Shown: positions 39,317-49,766 of the stretch, piece by piece
How positions within the stretch are numbered: the first letter of the stretch is position 1
How the letters are laid out: each line of letters starts with the position of its first letter
Source: an uncultured Veillonellaceae bacterium
GTDB lineage: Bacteria; Bacillota; Negativicutes; JARBTT01
Direction of reading: 5' to 3'
Assembly: GCA_963805085.1 (NCBI GenBank)
Contig: CAWDTA010000002.1
Span: forward strand, 2,048,001 to 2,112,000
Length of the DNA stretch: 64,000 nt
Position numbers and translations under genes: made by a program
Notes under the pieces: generated by a model
Database searches by the model: none
What the model saw: only the letters and a program-made list of their open reading frames with translations
What the model was told of the DNA's origin: nothing

Positions 39317-40543
39317 ATGAGTGAACTAATTAAGAATCGGGAATATAGACACAAAGTTTTGAAAGAAATTATTTTGGAACTTCACCAGGGAAAGTCAGTA
39401 CAGGAAGTTAAGAGTAAATTTAATGAGATCGCTAAAGGCCTGGATCCAGCTGAACTTTCACTAGTTGAACAGGGGTTAATCAATGAGGGGCTGCCGGTGG
39501 AAGAAGTTCAGCGATTATGCGATGTTCATGCTGAAGTATTCCGGGATGCATTAGAAAAAAATCCCGAAATATCTGCAGAGCCCGGACATCCAGTAGAAAT
39601 TTTCATATCAGAGAATCAGGCGTTAATGACACTAATGGATAAAGAAATTAAACCGATATTGGACAAGTTGAAACAAGCAATTGAAGCTGTAGAAAAATCA
39701 GTTGTTTTACAGTTGACTGAAAAATTGAATTTGCTGTGGGATATTGACAAACATTACCAGCGAAAGGAGAATTTGATATTTCCGTTTTTGGAAAAATACG
39801 AGATTACTGGTCCACCCAAGGTGATGTGGGGCGTTGATGATAAAATTAGGAGTTTGTTGAAAGTGACAAAAGAAATGGCTGCTAACTATCAGTCATCTCA
39901 AAAGCAGCCATTAATTAGCAAGATGGAAGAAACATTGGCGCAAATCGAAGAAATGATCTTTAAAGAAGAAAAAATATTTCTGCCGATGGCGATGGAGACA
40001 CTTTCTGAGGATGAATGGGGCCAAGTTTTAATGGATAGTGATGAAATTGGTTATTGCTTGATTGAACCAAAACAAAGTTGGAAACCATATCGAGAAAATA
40101 TAAACAAAGAGGTCATAAACGGTGCCGATGGGCATTCGGGAGGAAATGTTAAATTTGATACTGGGGTTCTATCATCTGAGGAAATAGATTTGATTTTTAG
40201 ACATTTACCTGTTGATATAACTTTTGTTGATAGAAACGGCATCGTGAAATTTTTTTCTGCTGCTAAGGATCGAATTTTTCCACGCACCAGGACTGTTATA
40301 GGTCGTAAAGTTGAGAACTGTCATCCGCCAGCTAGTGCCCATGTGGTAGAAAAAATAGTGGAAGATTTTAAAAGTGGAAAGAAAGATCATGAAGACTTCT
40401 GGATTAAAATGGGGGAAAAATATGTGTATATTCGTTATCATGCGGTAAGGGACAAAGTGGGAAATTTCGCTGGGGTATTGGAGGTTACTCAGGATATTAA
40501 GCCTATCCAGGCTATTTCCGGAGAAAAGCGAATTATGGATTAG
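39317..40543 (+). CDS. DUF438-hemerythrin-PAS domain protein
   Basis: LCDVHA, GHPV, HYQRKENLIFP, VMWGVDD, LPVDITFVD and NCHPPAS motifs. Confidence 0.88.
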   Translation: MSELIKNREYRHKVLKEIILELHQGKSVQEVKSKFNEIAKGLDPAELSLVEQGLINEGLPVEEVQRLCDVHAEVFRDALEKNPEISAEPGHPVEIFISENQALMTLMDKEIKPILDKLKQAIEAVEKSVVLQLTEKLNLLWDIDKHYQRKENLIFPFLEKYEITGPPKVMWGVDDKIRSLLKVTKEMAANYQSSQKQPLISKMEETLAQIEEMIFKEEKIFLPMAMETLSEDEWGQVLMDSDEIGYCLIEPKQSWKPYRENINKEVINGADGHSGGNVKFDTGVLSSEEIDLIFRHLPVDITFVDRNGIVKFFSAAKDRIFPRTRTVIGRKVENCHPPASAHVVEKIVEDFKSGKKDHEDFWIKMGEKYVYIRYHAVRDKVGNFAGVLEVTQDIKPIQAISGEKRIMD

Positions 40544-40578
40544 AAAGAGTAGGGGGCTCTTTTATTAATATTAATGAT

Positions 40579-40665
40579 AAACAAATAGAGCATGCAGAAA
40601 ACTCAAGAATAGCTTGAATTTTACATGCTCTATTTATTTCTGCTTATCTTAAAAGAGACAAAAAA
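40579..40665. repeat. Hairpin A copy 7 fused to a 3' fragment of the type I toxin ORF
   Basis: Hairpin followed by TTCTGCTTATCTTAAAAGAGACAAAAAA, the same as 14918-14945. Confidence 0.8.
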
Positions 40666-40668
40666 TTC

Positions 40669-42066
40669 TTATCTTATCTTAGTTGCTCCTAGCTTAAGTT
40701 CGGATAATATCTTGTCTAAAAGATCTATTCGTAATATGTAATGACGACTAACAAGTGCACTTAAAAAGTAAGCAATAGCCGGGACGATGGTGAAAAGCAT
40801 AACAATTCCTTGTAATGCTGTCGCATCTTGTGTCGTAGCTCCTGCCTGATAATTTACGCTGGCCAATACCCAGCCAATTAAAGCTCCGCCAAATGCTAAA
40901 CCAAGTTTAAGCACAAATAGCATACCAGCAAAGCTAATACCTGTTAAACGTTTGTTATATTTCCATTCACCATATTCAACAGTATCAGACATCATAACCC
41001 ATTGAATTGGTGTAATCATTTGATGAAGTATCCCAATGACAAAAACAAAAACAAACATTGTAACTATGGAATTCAGAGGAACCCAGAACATTCCTAAACT
41101 AATGGCGGCAAGAATTAAATTTGTCCAATAAAATACAGTAACTTTGCAAATATGGTCGGTAACTGGCTTAGCCAATGCGCTGCCTAAAAGATTACCTACT
41201 GAATAAGTACCTAAGAAGATGGCAAAGTATCCAAAATTACCTAAAATATAAGTAACATAATACATCATAGCACCACCACGAACGGATACAGCTAAAATAT
41301 TTAAAATGGTAAATCCAGCAACAAGCCGCCATTGGTCATTATGAAAAAGGTCCTTGAAGTCATCCCACATATTAGATTGGTAACTTGTAGGTACGGTCAA
41401 TCGTTCTCTTGTGAAAACAAAACAAGCAATAAGCATGACGCAAGCAAGAATGGCTAAGATAGTGATACCGCCTTGATAACCTAAAGCACGGTTACTTCCA
41501 CCAATAAATTCTGCCAGTGGGGTCATTAAAACGGTACTGAGCATTCCACCGGCTGTTGCTAATACAAAACGATAAGATTGCAGAGACATACGTTGTTTTG
41601 GATCTGCAGTGATTACACCACCTAAAGCGCAATAAGGTATATTTACTATAGTATACAGTAGCATAAGTAATACATAGGTAATCGTAGCAAAAATCATCTT
41701 ACCTTCTGTGCCAAAGTTTGGTGTGCTATAAACCAAGATGCAAGATAGAGCAAAAGGAACCGCACCGAATAATAAATAAGGTCTAAATTGTCCCCAACGA
41801 GTGCGAGTTCGGTCTGCAATATGCCCCATGATGGGATCTACAACAGCGTCCAAAGTACGTGTTAATAGAAACATCGTTCCAACAAAGCCTGCAGAAATAC
41901 CAAAAATATCGGTGTAAAAAAACATCATATATAGCATTACATTATCAAACACAATATGACTGGCTGCATCTCCCAAGCCATAGCCGATTTTTTCGGTTCG
42001 TGATAATAGATTGCCCGTATTATTCAATCTACAAGTTATTCCTTCAGTTCGCGATAGTACACTCAT
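40669..42066 (-). CDS. yicJ: GPH-family sugar:cation symporter (YicJ-like)
   Basis: EKIGYGLGDAASHIVFDNVMLYMMFFYTDIFG; adjacent to yicI. Confidence 0.88.
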   Translation of the reverse strand: MSVLSRTEGITCRLNNTGNLLSRTEKIGYGLGDAASHIVFDNVMLYMMFFYTDIFGISAGFVGTMFLLTRTLDAVVDPIMGHIADRTRTRWGQFRPYLLFGAVPFALSCILVYSTPNFGTEGKMIFATITYVLLMLLYTIVNIPYCALGGVITADPKQRMSLQSYRFVLATAGGMLSTVLMTPLAEFIGGSNRALGYQGGITILAILACVMLIACFVFTRERLTVPTSYQSNMWDDFKDLFHNDQWRLVAGFTILNILAVSVRGGAMMYYVTYILGNFGYFAIFLGTYSVGNLLGSALAKPVTDHICKVTVFYWTNLILAAISLGMFWVPLNSIVTMFVFVFVIGILHQMITPIQWVMMSDTVEYGEWKYNKRLTGISFAGMLFVLKLGLAFGGALIGWVLASVNYQAGATTQDATALQGIVMLFTIVPAIAYFLSALVSRHYILRIDLLDKILSELKLGATKIR

Positions 42067-42176
42067 TTTATATCCTCCCTTATAAATCAGGCATTTTTAA
42101 AAAATAGTATTTCTAGCGTTTTAGATAAAAACTAAATCCAATTTAATTTTCTGCTAGTAGTCATTATAAATATCAT

Positions 42177-44519
42177 TTATTTAAATCGAAACGATATTTG
42201 TTCCGAACCAGGTTGAATGGTAATTCGTGTTCCCAAAGTTTCCTGAACGCCAATCATTTCATCAGTGGAAGTGATGATTGACCTTTTGTTGCCACGTAGC
42301 ACTAATGAACAGGGTTTTGTTAGTTTGGATAGAAGTATATGTAGCTGATTGCCCTGTCTAGTAATACGAGCAGTCAAAACAATCTTACCCTGCAAGTCGC
42401 GAATCATTGTCGAAGCACTATGTCCATCCTGCAAGGCAAATAAATGGAATTCAAGTCCATCGATATAATTATAGTCTGGACGCTGATCATTGCTTCCAAT
42501 CGCCAGCAGTGTATTTTGGCGAACGTAAATTGGTAGACTCATAAAGTTGTGATGCTCTTTACGCCAGCCTTCACCACAGACTTCTGTATTGGTAAATAAA
42601 TGTGTCCACTGTCCGCGTGGTAAATAAACAGAAACCGTTCCATCTTCACTGAATACAGGAGCGACTAAAATCGAATCACCTAACATATATTGCCTGTCTA
42701 AACATTCACTACCAAGGTCATCAGGAAATTCAATCAGCATTGCTCTCATCATAGGGAGTCCTTGTTCGGCAGATAACGTAGCCATATGATAAAGATAAGG
42801 CATTAAACGGCATTTCCAGTTTGTGAAAAATCGTAAAACATTAACAGCTTCCTCATCATACAGCCAAGGAACACGATAAGATTTACTGCCATGCAATCGA
42901 CTGTGACTAGATAATAGACCAAAAGCGCACCAACGTTTATAAATATGGGCAGGGGCTGTATTTTCAAAACCTCCAATATCATGACTCCAAAAACCAAATC
43001 CTGATAATCCAAGAGAAAGTCCTCCACGCAAACTTTCTGCCATAGATTCGTAAGTTGCAGAACAATCGCCACCCCAATGTACAGGAAAAGCTTGACCACC
43101 CACCGTGGCAGAACGAGCGAATACGATTGCATTTTGATTTCCTTTTTTTTCTTTTAGCACTTGGAATACTGTTTGGTTATATAAATAAGTATAATAATTA
43201 TGCATTTTTTGTGGATCTGAGCCGTCATAATAAGCAACATCTGTAGGAATTCGCTCACCGAAGTCTGTTTTGAAACAGTCTACTCCCATATCCACGAGTC
43301 GCCGTAAATGATTGGCGTACCATTGGCAGGCTGATGGATTGGTGAAATCAACAATTGCTTGCCCAGGCTGCCATCTATCCCATTGCCAGACATTTCCTTG
43401 CAAATTTTTGATAAAATAGCCATTCTCCATTCCTTCTTTAAACAAAGCAGATTGTTGGCTGATATAAGGATTAATCCATACACATATTTTCAAATTTTTA
43501 TTTTTTAACCGCTCAAGCATTCCTTGGGGATCGGGAAAAGTAGAAGCATCCCACTCAAAATCGCACCAATGAAACGCTTTCATCCAAAAGCAATCAAAAT
43601 GAAATACACTGAGAGGAAGGGAACGCTCGTGCATACCGGCAATGAAACTGTTTACTGTTTCCTCATCGTAATTGGTAGTAAAAGAAGTTGATAACCATAG
43701 TCCAAAGGACCATGCAGGTGGTAAAGGTGGTCGTCCAGTTAACAAGGTGTAACGTTGCAGTACCTGTTTTATCGTAGGACCATCAACAATATAATATTCT
43801 AATGCTTCACCAGATACGCTAAATTGTACCTTTGAGACCTTTTCTGAAGCCACCTCAAAAGAAACCATTTCTGGATGATTAACCAAGACACCATATCCAT
43901 GATTTGTTAGATAAAATGGAATGTTTTTGTAGGCTTGTTCTGTATTTGTTCCACCATCGCAATTCCAAGTATTGATCGTTTGACCATTTTTTATAAATGA
44001 TGTAAAACGTTCGCCTAATCCGTAGACATTTTCCCCTATCCCCAGATCTAGCCGCTCAAACATATACGTTTTATTATCGGTCGTATTTTTTACGTATCCT
44101 GCTGACTTATAATTGCTGCCAGTAATGCGCTTTTCGTCATGCAGAAAGTCAATTTTCCATAGATCAGACTTGCTGATACATACAGATAATTGGCCACTTT
44201 GTAAAATTGCTTTATCGGTTTCACTGATACATTTAATATCTTGTCGATGATCATAGTTTAATGCAAACTCAGGTGTTACCGGATACATTCCTTTAAAATG
44301 TTCCATACGAACACCAATGATGCCTGATTGTGGTGAAAAAAAACGTATGGTAAACAATGGAGTATCTAATTGATTTTCTCTATCAGACACATTACATGGT
44401 GCCACATAAACAAGTAATTCTTCCTCCGTTACTTGTATGTCGTGTACATAATATGGGGATATAACATTTAAATTTTCTTGAATTAGCCAATTTCCATCAC
44501 TAATTTTCATTTTGCTCAA
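42177..44519 (-). CDS. yicI: GH31 alpha-xylosidase
   Basis: [35 protein letters not shown] and WSHDIGGFE motifs. Confidence 0.95.
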   Translation of the reverse strand: MSKMKISDGNWLIQENLNVISPYYVHDIQVTEEELLVYVAPCNVSDRENQLDTPLFTIRFFSPQSGIIGVRMEHFKGMYPVTPEFALNYDHRQDIKCISETDKAILQSGQLSVCISKSDLWKIDFLHDEKRITGSNYKSAGYVKNTTDNKTYMFERLDLGIGENVYGLGERFTSFIKNGQTINTWNCDGGTNTEQAYKNIPFYLTNHGYGVLVNHPEMVSFEVASEKVSKVQFSVSGEALEYYIVDGPTIKQVLQRYTLLTGRPPLPPAWSFGLWLSTSFTTNYDEETVNSFIAGMHERSLPLSVFHFDCFWMKAFHWCDFEWDASTFPDPQGMLERLKNKNLKICVWINPYISQQSALFKEGMENGYFIKNLQGNVWQWDRWQPGQAIVDFTNPSACQWYANHLRRLVDMGVDCFKTDFGERIPTDVAYYDGSDPQKMHNYYTYLYNQTVFQVLKEKKGNQNAIVFARSATVGGQAFPVHWGGDCSATYESMAESLRGGLSLGLSGFGFWSHDIGGFENTAPAHIYKRWCAFGLLSSHSRLHGSKSYRVPWLYDEEAVNVLRFFTNWKCRLMPYLYHMATLSAEQGLPMMRAMLIEFPDDLGSECLDRQYMLGDSILVAPVFSEDGTVSVYLPRGQWTHLFTNTEVCGEGWRKEHHNFMSLPIYVRQNTLLAIGSNDQRPDYNYIDGLEFHLFALQDGHSASTMIRDLQGKIVLTARITRQGNQLHILLSKLTKPCSLVLRGNKRSIITSTDEMIGVQETLGTRITIQPGSEQISFRFK

Positions 44520-44796
44520 TGTCCCTCCTCATTTTACTTATTACAAATTTTATAATATTGTAAATTTTCTTAAAATAATATTATCACTCATTATTATAGG
44601 TATATTTGCACTTGTGGTCTTGCACTATATTGACTACTATTAACAAGATTTTGATATTCAAAGAAATATTTAACAGGCTTTCATTTGGATAATAATTGAA
44701 TTATAATTAGGAATAGAAATGGTCTATAGCCTACTTCGACTAAAGCTAAGTTATGATGGCTTCCTGATATTATTTTATAAGTAAGGGGAAATCAAT

Positions 44797-45684
44797 TTGA
44801 ATAGACTAACATTAAAAGAAAATCGAATTCATGGAACTGGTATGTTTCCGCTGGCAACTTATACAATCAATCGTAATAGTGGTGAAAAAATTCTTGATTG
44901 TCACTGGCATGATGAATGGGAGTTTTTATTGGTTACAGCAGGAAAAGCAATTTTTCAGATTGAAGCATCTTACTATGAAGTACATTCAGGACAGGCCGTT
45001 TTTATAAATGGAGGGAACATTCACGCTGGTTATCCTCAACAAAATTCTTCTTGTACATATTGTGCCATTGTTTTTGATCCGATTCTTTTTTGCAGCAGTT
45101 CTTTTGATGTCCTACAAACTAAATTCATTGATCCCTTAATTAAAGGACAATATGTGTTACCTGAATTTATTTCAGGTAATTGCGAATGGGAAAAAACAGT
45201 AATTCAGTACTTTTTAAAAATTTTAAATACCTGCATGGATGGTCAACAAGCATTTGAGTTAGTGGTAAAAGCAGAACTGTTGCTAACATTATCCGAATTT
45301 GTAAAAAACAACACATTTCCCATAGACAGTAAATCCTACTTAACAAGCTATAAATCAAATCAGATGAAAAAGATACTCAGTTATATTCATTCAAATTACA
45401 ATAAAAAAATAAAAACAAAAAATCTCTGCGAGCAAATAAGTATGAGTGAAGGTTACTTCTGTCGTTTTTTCAAACAAATGATGCGGCAGACTACCGTTGA
45501 ATATATCAATAGATATCGAATCAATATTGCAACGAACCTTCTTCATGAAACGGATCAAAAAATATTGGAGGTTGCATTAGGGGTTGGTTTTGATAATCTC
45601 AGTTACTTTCACAGTATTTTCAAAAAATACATGAATTGTACTCCTTTAGAGTATCGTAACAAGAAAAAAGTATTTTTGAATTGA
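44797..45684 (+). CDS. AraC-family regulator
   Basis: HWHDEWE cupin domain plus YFCRFFK..GFDNLSYF. Confidence 0.92.
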   Translation: MNRLTLKENRIHGTGMFPLATYTINRNSGEKILDCHWHDEWEFLLVTAGKAIFQIEASYYEVHSGQAVFINGGNIHAGYPQQNSSCTYCAIVFDPILFCSSSFDVLQTKFIDPLIKGQYVLPEFISGNCEWEKTVIQYFLKILNTCMDGQQAFELVVKAELLLTLSEFVKNNTFPIDSKSYLTSYKSNQMKKILSYIHSNYNKKIKTKNLCEQISMSEGYFCRFFKQMMRQTTVEYINRYRINIATNLLHETDQKILEVALGVGFDNLSYFHSIFKKYMNCTPLEYRNKKKVFLN

Positions 45685-45765
45685 TGAATATAACTGTATG
45701 CTGCTGAGCGGGATGGACGTATAGTATCGACAAAGATTTTCCGATGCAGTCCAACGCAGAGCTGA
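45681..45765 (+). pseudogene. Short degenerate remnant of the module protein B 3' end
   Basis: GATGAATAT..GCGGGATGGACGTATAGTATCGACAAAGATTTTCCGATGCAGTCCAACG..GAGCTGA. Confidence 0.7.
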
Positions 45766-45833
45766 GAGACCACATATATGCAATCTGTTTGGTAATACTA
45801 TAGCATTATCTAACAGATAGGAGGGGCTTAAGA

Positions 45834-46061
45834 ATGACTGAAAATTATTATTCCGGAGATGATTTAGATGCATCGATTCCAGATAAACATGAGGTTGCTA
45901 AAGATCTCGGAATACCACTAGTCAATGGCTATAACGGAAACCTGACAACTAAGGATGTGGGACGGATTGGTGGTAGAATGGGCGGTAAAATCGGTGGAGA
46001 AAAAGTGAGGAAAATGATCCAAGCAGCTGAAGACCAAATGGCAAGAGAGGATACTCATTGA
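45834..46061 (+). CDS. Alpha/beta-type small acid-soluble spore protein-like
   Basis: KHEVAKDLG..GNLTTKDVGRIGG..VRKMIQAAE; forespore-type GGTAATACTA -10 upstream. Confidence 0.85.
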   Translation: MTENYYSGDDLDASIPDKHEVAKDLGIPLVNGYNGNLTTKDVGRIGGRMGGKIGGEKVRKMIQAAEDQMAREDTH

Positions 46062-46077
46062 ATTTTGCGAGAAAAAT

Positions 46078-46181
46078 TCAATGTAATGTTTCTCTTTGTC
46101 TTAACTTTGATATAAGCAAATGATAAAGAATATAAGAAAGTAAAAACTCCAACTGATTTTGGTGTCAGTTGGAGTTTTTAT
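46078..46181 (+). repeat. Degenerate palindrome R copy 11 plus terminator block, repeated at 50466-50573 (copy 12)
   Basis: Both share ..GTTTCTCyTTGT..GATAAAGAATATAAGAAAGyAAAAACTCCAACTGATTTT..CAGTTGGAGTTTTTAT. Confidence 0.75.
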
Positions 46182-46250
46182 GTAGAAGCATATAATGCTA
46201 TAATTATCTTGTATATTTTTAGAATATGAGACAGAAAGAGGGGCTTTATC

Positions 46251-46868
46251 ATTCGAAATATAATATTTGACGTTGACGGGACATTATGGGATACGACGGA
46301 AGTGGTAGCAAAGGCCTGGAATAAGGCAATTTCTGAAGTCGGAGGAACTGCGGCAGTGGTAAGCGCCACTGTGTTAAAGAAAGAATTTGGTAAGACGATG
46401 AAGGTCATCGCCGATGATTTGTTTTATGATGCCGATGAGAGAACGAAAGAATTACTAATGAAAAAGTGCTGTATATGTGAGCATGAGGCATTGGAAGAAA
46501 ATGAGGATAACCTGTTGTTTCCCGATGTAGTAGAAACCATAAAAAAACTTGCAGGGAAATATCGTTTATTTATTGTTAGTAATTGTCAAGCGGGCTATAT
46601 TGAATTGTTCATGAAAAAGGCAGGGCTTGAGCCGTATATTGAGGACTGGGAATGCTTTGGTAATACTGACAAAGGAAAAGGCGAAAACATCATGCTGCTC
46701 ACGAAAAGAAACCAATTAACTGATGCTGTATATGTTGGCGATACACAGGGAGATTATGAGGCAACACAAATGGCTCAGATTCCTTTTATCTTTGCAAAGT
46801 ATGGTTTTGGTCATGTGGAAAACTGTGAAAGCGCAATCAGCGGAATAACAGAGCTACTAAATTTGTAG
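46251..46868 (+). CDS. HAD-family phosphatase, probable ATT start
   Basis: The catalytic IIFDVDGTLWD lies in frame upstream of the GTG at 46302; RBS GAGGGG is 7 nt before ATT 46251; YVGDT motif. Confidence 0.85.
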   Translation: MRNIIFDVDGTLWDTTEVVAKAWNKAISEVGGTAAVVSATVLKKEFGKTMKVIADDLFYDADERTKELLMKKCCICEHEALEENEDNLLFPDVVETIKKLAGKYRLFIVSNCQAGYIELFMKKAGLEPYIEDWECFGNTDKGKGENIMLLTKRNQLTDAVYVGDTQGDYEATQMAQIPFIFAKYGFGHVENCESAISGITELLNL

Positions 46869-47215
46869 GAGATACTCGACTCCACCATTCAACCGTTCAA
46901 ATCTAGAATGCTTATGAAGCCACAAATTTCGTGGCTTTTTTGCTATATGTGTTTTTAAAAGATCATGGGTCATTGAGCGAGAAGTGTCATAGTGATAAAT
47001 TAGTAAAAAAATGCAGGAAATATGACTTAATATGTTGAAATATGACACAATATATTGAAACATCCATAAATTACTTTGAAAGTAGATTATGAATATTTTT
47101 AGTAAGATCACCTTAATGTACAAGTTATGGTTTATTTATTAGTAGGCGCTTTAGTGGTTGCTTATTAGCGAAAAATAACAGTTGAAACTCGGAGTGGCAA
47201 TTTTAAGGCAGAGAA

Positions 47216-48307
47216 ATGGATAGGTGGTGTAAAATGATTAATATTAAATCACAAGCAGTGAAGAAAATAATCGAACAAAAAGTAGAATATTTAGTACCTG
47301 GGATGGAGGTAGCCCGTGAGATCTATACAGATGATGGTTCAGTATTGGCAATTGAGAGTACCATTATTAATAAGTCTCTTATAGAAAAACTGAAAAATTG
47401 GAAGATTGAGAAAGTAGACATTATTGCTGAAATAACAGATAATCCGATTACTGATCCTAAAATCCAACAGTTCCTGAATAGTTATAATCAATCAGTGACA
47501 GTTGTGCAACAAGCTTTTGATAATATCCGCCAAAGCCAAGAAGTCCCTATTGAAACTTTTACACAAACTGCTGATGAGATCGTAGATAATGTATCTGATA
47601 GTAGTGATTTGATTGATCAAATGTATAACTTACCTAACTGTGATGATTATACTTTTCGCCATAGTGTTAATGTAAGTGCCATTGCGGCCCTTATTGCTAC
47701 ATGGCTCAAGTTTCCTCAGGAGAGTATCAGTGCCATTGCTCTAGCAGGGCTTTTACATGATGTAGGTAAATCGCAATTGCCGCCAGAGATATTAAATAAA
47801 CCGTATAGGCTTGCCCCTAAGGACTATGAACTATACCAAACACATACTGCAATTGGTTATGACTTAGTTAATAAAATACCCAACATAGCACAAAGTATAT
47901 TGTCAGGGATCATGGACCATCATGAACGCGAAGATGGATCTGGTTATCCTAAACAATTACGATCAGACGACATTCATCCTTATGCTAAAATTATCGCTGT
48001 GGCTGATATGTTTGATGAATCTTTGACGATTAATTGTGATACTCCAGGTGCGATAAGCCCTTATTTAAGTTTAGGAAAACTGCGCAAGGAAATATACCTC
48101 GTTGATGCTAAAGCTTGCATTACTTTTACGGAAAATATGATGAATTTTCTCTCTGGTAATCGAGTAATGCTCACGAATAATCAACAAGGGAGAGTCGTTT
48201 TTGTAAATAAAGATAAACCATCTCATTCTATTGTGCAGCAAGATGATGGTACTGTTATTGATTTATCGGCAACCAAGGATATCTCTATTCACTATGTTGT
48301 TAAGTAA
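47216..48307 (+). CDS. HD-GYP domain phosphodiesterase
   Basis: HSVNV, LLHDVGK, HHEREDGSGYP and IAVAD motifs. Confidence 0.92.
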   Translation: MDRWCKMINIKSQAVKKIIEQKVEYLVPGMEVAREIYTDDGSVLAIESTIINKSLIEKLKNWKIEKVDIIAEITDNPITDPKIQQFLNSYNQSVTVVQQAFDNIRQSQEVPIETFTQTADEIVDNVSDSSDLIDQMYNLPNCDDYTFRHSVNVSAIAALIATWLKFPQESISAIALAGLLHDVGKSQLPPEILNKPYRLAPKDYELYQTHTAIGYDLVNKIPNIAQSILSGIMDHHEREDGSGYPKQLRSDDIHPYAKIIAVADMFDESLTINCDTPGAISPYLSLGKLRKEIYLVDAKACITFTENMMNFLSGNRVMLTNNQQGRVVFVNKDKPSHSIVQQDDGTVIDLSATKDISIHYVVK

Positions 48308-48619
48308 TATAAGACAACCATACAAGGTGGCGGTTTGCAGTGATTTAAATTGTCATGAGCGGGAATATGCCATAGTATAATAGTAAAATTTTTCTGCTTT
48401 TTAGTTATTTGTTAATCGTGCTCGGGGATAGCAAGCCCATAATAATTAAGAGTAATTTCAACTAATTGGGCGATAGCTTTGTTTTTTAGTGAAAAACATA
48501 GTGGAAAATAAAGGGAAATTGGTATTGGGGGCGAAATAATTATCTTGGATAAGCATTAGCAGTCATATAACGATATTTATTGCTTATTGAAACTTTAATT
48601 TAGTGTAGGAGGGGCTTGT

Positions 48620-49420
48620 GTGGAAAAACTTTTGTCAAAGGTATCATTAGGTATAATAATAGCGGCTTTTTTTATTTTATGTCGTACTGGAAGCGCTGAT
48701 GCAGCTAATGTCACCAAAACCTTGGATGAGAATACTAAAATAACGCCACCTGGGGTTATAGTGACAACATGGGATGAAATACCGAGGTTTAAGAAAGGAA
48801 CCGTTGTTACACTTAACGAGTATGGTGAGGTTCTTGAAGGGACATTAGATGAAAATATAAGCTTGCCATATGAAAGTGGCAAAGCTCAGGATTCTAATAA
48901 CACATCAGCAATGGCGTTCACGCCTCCACCGTTTTATATGTGCACTTACAATACAGAGACTGTGTTAAAATATAGAGTTCTTTCGTTTAAGGGTGGCACA
49001 AAAGTTGTGTTCAATAATAGAGGTGAAGTGATCAAAGGTACAATAAATACTTCTAGTGAATGTATTAATTTAAATCAAACAAATCATATTTTTGTAACTA
49101 AAGAGATAAGCTTTAATAAAAATGGGATGCCAGTAACTTGTACCTTAGCCGCTGCTTCTTTTCTCCGCCCAGTCGGTTGGTCAGAAATTTTAACTGCAAA
49201 TTATACAAATAATTCGATATGTTCAGGTCTTGTTGAATTTAAGTCTGGAAGTTCAATTGTGTTAAATGATAAAGGGGAAGTAGTCAAAGGGACACTAAAC
49301 AAAGATACCCAGCTGCTTTCTGTGGGCACATTTAACATTACTGCGCCAAAGCTTTTTGAAGCTAATACCACGGTAGAATTTGATGACAAGGGTATTGTAA
49401 TAAAGGCTTCGAAAGAATAA
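48620..49420 (+). CDS. Secreted hypothetical protein with internal beta repeats
   Basis: Signal peptide ending ADA; four FKxGxxVxxNxxGEVxxGT-like repeats. Confidence 0.75.
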   Translation: MEKLLSKVSLGIIIAAFFILCRTGSADAANVTKTLDENTKITPPGVIVTTWDEIPRFKKGTVVTLNEYGEVLEGTLDENISLPYESGKAQDSNNTSAMAFTPPPFYMCTYNTETVLKYRVLSFKGGTKVVFNNRGEVIKGTINTSSECINLNQTNHIFVTKEISFNKNGMPVTCTLAAASFLRPVGWSEILTANYTNNSICSGLVEFKSGSSIVLNDKGEVVKGTLNKDTQLLSVGTFNITAPKLFEANTTVEFDDKGIVIKASKE

Positions 49421-49766
49421 AATCTAATTTAATATGCTGCTTATCCTTCGGGATGAGCGGCTTTTTTATCTTAAATGACTGTCAAGAAAGATTTATAAAT
49501 AAATTATTTTTTGTTGATATTGATTATTTATTAAGAGGGATTTTATGATGACTGGCGAATAAGTAAAATTAGTAAAAGTTGTCAGTCAAAGAAAAATAAA
49601 AAGAGAGTGTGAAATCGAAAAAACGGAAATTAATTAATATTATAATATAGACTCTATACTAGGATAAACATTTGATTATACGAATGATTTCAATAACCGA
49701 TATTTATTATCAATTATTTAAGTATTATAATAAAGCTGAATTTGAAAGTAGAAAGAAGATGGAAAG

